A stretch of DNA of 27,099 bases from Bugula neritina (taxonomy: Eukaryota; Animalia; Bryozoa): contig CAXIUT010000094.1 in assembly GCA_964035545.1 (NCBI GenBank), positions 1 to 27,099 on the forward strand, read 5' to 3'. Of the stretch, positions 23,745-27,099 are shown piece after piece. Numbering within the stretch: the stretch's first letter is position 1; each line of letters starts with the position of its first letter. The notes under the pieces are model-generated. The model was not told the origin of the DNA and did not search any database. It saw only the letters and a program-made list of their open reading frames with translations. Made by a program: the position numbers and the translations under genes.

Positions 23745-24982
23745 TCAATGATTAACTGAGCCAGGCATCTTCCCTTCTTTGAATCTTGTTGTCAGGGGTT
23801 GGGGTTGGGGTTGGGGTTGGGGTTGGGGTTGGGGTTGGGGTTGGGGTTGGGGTTGGGGTTGGGGTTGGGGTTGGGGATAGCGAGATAGTGATGCCTGACG
23901 AATAGGTCTGCTGGTTAGTGGTGAAGAACTTTGTCCTAGTTCATTATTTATAGTTGATAGTGAAGAGGTGTTTTTTGTTTTTTTTCCTTTAGAAGTAACA
24001 AGTTGTGAGGTAGTTCTTTTATTTTTTCTATCAACAAGAGCAACAAGAGTATCAGGGTTGGTTTAACTTAATTTATTCATCTAAGTATAAGATAAAATAC
24101 ATTAGAATGATGATAATCTTCTAAAAGTTGCATTTTTACATCTACTAAGGCATTTAAAATATTTTATTTTACTTGTTCTTTCATATACTTTGTCTTTATC
24201 TTAAACTCATTAAATATCTTCTGTTAACTATTCTCATTATTCATTTCAAAATGTTTTTTCATAGGTAAATTATGAGAGTTTACCATTTTCTTAGTATATT
24301 GATCAGCAACCTGCAAATCAAGTAACTAACTTCTCAGCTTAAAATAATCTTCAAGACTGGTTCCTGAATACTTATTACGAAAAATTACCTGATTATTCTT
24401 TTTCTAGACATGTCGATCCATCTAATTTAAAACTATTGATTTTTTGTTTTAAAATTATTTTTTAAATTAAGAAAATTCCTCAATCAGTTAATTACATTGA
24501 TTTTTTGCATCAGTTCCACTTGTTTTTGTTTTTCTACGACCTGATCTAGAACGTAATCTTCTTTGCTAAGATTTTTTAAGTTCATCTTTAAGTCCATATT
24601 TCTCCTTATCATTGGATCTTTTAATACGTTCCAATTGCTTGACATCTATTCCTGTAGTATTTTTATAACTTTGCAATAGTTTTTGAACTTGCTCTGAAAA
24701 CTCATATAGTTGTTACTAAAATTTGGTCAGCATATTTTGTTCAATACCTGATAAGTAAGAATCGTTAGGATCATTAATTCTTTTTAATAAGTCTAAAATG
24801 GTTGTAAGGTGATGTTGACAATCTGAAGTTGGATTGTAATTGAGATCTAGAGTACATTTAAGAATTGTTTAACGAATATGTTCATGCAGAATTATGTATA
24901 GTTTAGATAGTTCGCCTACTACCTCTTGAGATTTTTGAGATTTTTAGACAAATTTTCGCCATTATCTTTGAGTGTTTTCCAT
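23745..24982 (-). CDS. Hypothetical coiled-coil protein (405 aa) whose last exon contains a telomere-repeat-encoded (PQ)13P tract
   Basis: Exon 1 (24982-24101) was checked codon by codon and has no TGA; 20-nt GT-AG intron 24100-24081; exon 2 reads ...RPIRQASLSRY(PQ)13PLTTRFKEGKMPGSVNH-TGA (23747-23745). Confidence 0.8.
23795..23876 (+). repeat. Interstitial telomeric tract GGGG(TTGGGG)13
   Basis: Perfect 82-bp array in the same orientation as the right telomere, with unique sequence on both sides. Confidence 0.97.
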
Positions 24983-25118
24983 AATAAATTTAATATTTGT
25001 TATTCAATTAACTATTATAATAGTTCTTAAAATTTTGACTTCATTTCTTTGATTAAAGATAATTTAGTCTTTATTTTCGTTCAATAAAAAAAATAATATT
25101 TATAAAATTAGTAAAAAA

Positions 25119-26762
25119 TCATGCAAAATTGCCTTTTTGATTGAAAGAACTAAAATTTCCAGAACCAAATCCTGGAAAACCTCCAAAGCCTCCAAAATTT
25201 TTAGCCTTTGATGATCCTCTGTTTTTTTTATTTCCATTTGTTCCACCTCTCATTCCTCCGAAATTCGATTAAAATCCTCCCAAATCATCTCCTCCTTGAT
25301 TAAAAAACATAGAAAACAATTGAGAAGGATCTATTCCTTGTCCTCCCATATCTTTTCCATTGAAGGTAAACTTAGTATTTCCACCTCCCATGTTTCCCAT
25401 ATTACTTGAACTGAAATAAGTCCCTTGCTGACCCATATCTTGGAATCCATCAAAACCAGTATCACCATCATATTCCATTTGTCCACAGTCGTATTTCTTT
25501 CTTTTCTCTGGATCAGTTAGTACTCCATGAGCTTCAGCTATGTCTTTAAATTTCTTTGCTGCTTCTTCTTGTTCTATGTCGCTTTTGTTTCTATTTCTGT
25601 CTGGATGGAATTTCAAAGCTAAAGATTTATATGCTTTCTTGATTTATGCATCTGTTGATTTCTTTGTTACTCCTAATATAGCATAGTAATCTTTTTTCTT
25701 GGCTTGTCTTTATTTTTTCTGAGCCTCTTATATTTTAGCTTTTAAGTTTATTTTTGGGTCAAGTTCTTGAATTTTACCATAATCCTGGATAGCTGCAGAG
25801 TATTCAGCTCTTTCCATGTTGAGTTCAGCTCTTCTTACTAAAGATTTCATGTAATTTGGGTCTAGTTCAAGAGATTTATTAAGATCTTGAAGAGCTTTGA
25901 TCTTTTATCCTGTTTTCATATAACATAGAGCTCTGTTGGAATAAATAACTGAGTTAAGTTTTTTATTGTAGGGATCCAAATTAAGAGCTTATGAATATTT
26001 TGCTTCTGCTTCTCTATATTTCTTTTCTTTTATCAATTCGTTTCCTTGTTATTTAAAAACTTAACATCTTTTGGCCTTATTAAGAGCTTTTTGACATTTA
26101 GTATTTTATGGGTCTAATCTCATACCATCAGAAAATAGTTTCTTAGCTTTTGTACTATCGCCATTATATAGTTCGATTATTCCTTTCAAATAGTAAAACT
26201 AAGGAGTATTTTAGTTATGCATTGAGGATAGTAATTGACTTGCTTCAGTAGTTTATCCAGTCTTAGCTAAACATTAAACTTTATTGAGTTTCAATGTTTT
26301 GTTTATTGGTATTTTTGTAACCAAATAGTTGATACAAGAAAGAGCTTAAGAATAATCGTTAGATTTATCTCCTGCAAGATATCGATCGTAGTTAGATTTG
26401 AGAGATTATACTTCTTCAAGTTAGTTATTTGATGTAATATTTTTTTAGATGTTTGCATAGGATTTCATGGCTTCAACAGCTTCTTAGAATTTTAATATAT
26501 TGACACATGCTTGAGACTTTTTTTTGTAAACCTTAGCAAACTGAGGATTCAATCGAAGAGCTATATTACAATCTCTAATGCACTCTTCAAAACGATTCAA
26601 GTTGAAATAGCAAAGAGATCTGTTTGAAAAGAATGAAGGATCTTCATAAACTTCGATAGCTTTGGTATAGTATTGAATAGCTTTGTTGTAGTCTTGCGAT
26701 TTGTAGGCTTGATTTCCTTGATCTTTGTATTTTTGAGCAACACTGTTGTATTAGATATCCAT
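25119..26762 (-). CDS. DNAJC7: DNAJC7/TPR2-like co-chaperone (TPR repeats + J domain + G/F-rich tail, 547 aa)
   Basis: [13 protein letters not shown]...[10 protein letters not shown]...FFSNRSLCY; K[TAA]QGNELIK; [11 protein letters not shown]...DA[TAA][17 protein letters not shown]...[21 protein letters not shown]. Confidence 0.93.
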
Positions 26763-26982
26763 TGTTTTGTTTTATTATACTTGTCAGTTTTTTCTAATTT
26801 GATCTATATAAAATAGAGTTTTCTAGAATACTCTTTTTATTTGTTGATTTCTGATAAAAACAATCAAAATAAAAGTTGTTCTTTTTGTTAAATTTTGATA
26901 AACAAGTATTAGTTAGGTGAGTTTTATTCTTACTAAGTATATTATCAAGATAAGATAATGATATATTTTAAAAACAAAAAGA

Positions 26983-27099
26983 GGGGTTGGGGTTGGGGTT
27001 GGGGTTGGGGTTGGGGTTGGGGTTGGGGTTGGGGTTGGGGTTGGGGTTGGGGTTGGGGTTGGGGTTGGGGTTGGGGTTGGGGTTGGGGTTGGGGTTGGG
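26983..27099 (+). repeat. Right telomere, (TTGGGG)n
   Basis: Perfect G4T2 array running to the 3' end of the window. Confidence 0.98.

Noticed and set aside
3237-25646. Standard ciliate code (TAR=Gln) or a split code (TAA=Lys, TAG=Glu)
   Set aside because: Both codons fall at conserved Glu positions in several independent families, including TAA in BolA NES, HMCES NxRxE and the J-domain EIKKAY.
23795-27099. End-to-end fusion of two unrelated chromosomes at the internal telomere
   Set aside because: There is no inverted (CCCCAA)n partner tract, and one reading frame continues coherently across both flanks to a stop, which indicates the flanks are natively contiguous.

Overview
This window looks like a complete telomere-to-telomere ciliate macronuclear chromosome of 27.1 kb, with (CCCCAA)n at 1-69 and (TTGGGG)n at 26983-27099. 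It is very AT-rich and holds about 19 tightly packed protein-coding genes. The supplied ORF track is misleading because TAA and TAG are sense codons here. At invariant positions of six unrelated protein families they encode Glu, and TGA is the only stop. This is the peritrich nuclear code (table 30), so a peritrich ciliate is inferred. Introns are tiny: 13 frame-restoring GT-AG introns are exactly 20 nt. Recognisable genes are a CAP/SCP protein, Rab6-like GTPase, HMCES/SRAP, a divergent prenylcysteine-oxidase-like protein, Sec15, a VHS-like protein with an alpha-adaptin ear, METTL18, an HTH protein, BolA, a catalytically altered calpain, a pseudokinase-TPR protein and DNAJC7. The most unusual feature is a perfect 82-bp interstitial telomeric tract (23795-23876) lying in frame in the last exon of a minus-strand gene, where it encodes (Pro-Gln)13-Pro. 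It is flanked by short inverted repeats and lies about 175 bp from a Tetrahymena Cbs-like 15-mer. The left telomere also appears to cut into a coding frame. Several single-base frame breaks at homopolymers suggest long-read indel errors. All gene models and family calls are from manual translation and recalled motifs; no searches were run.
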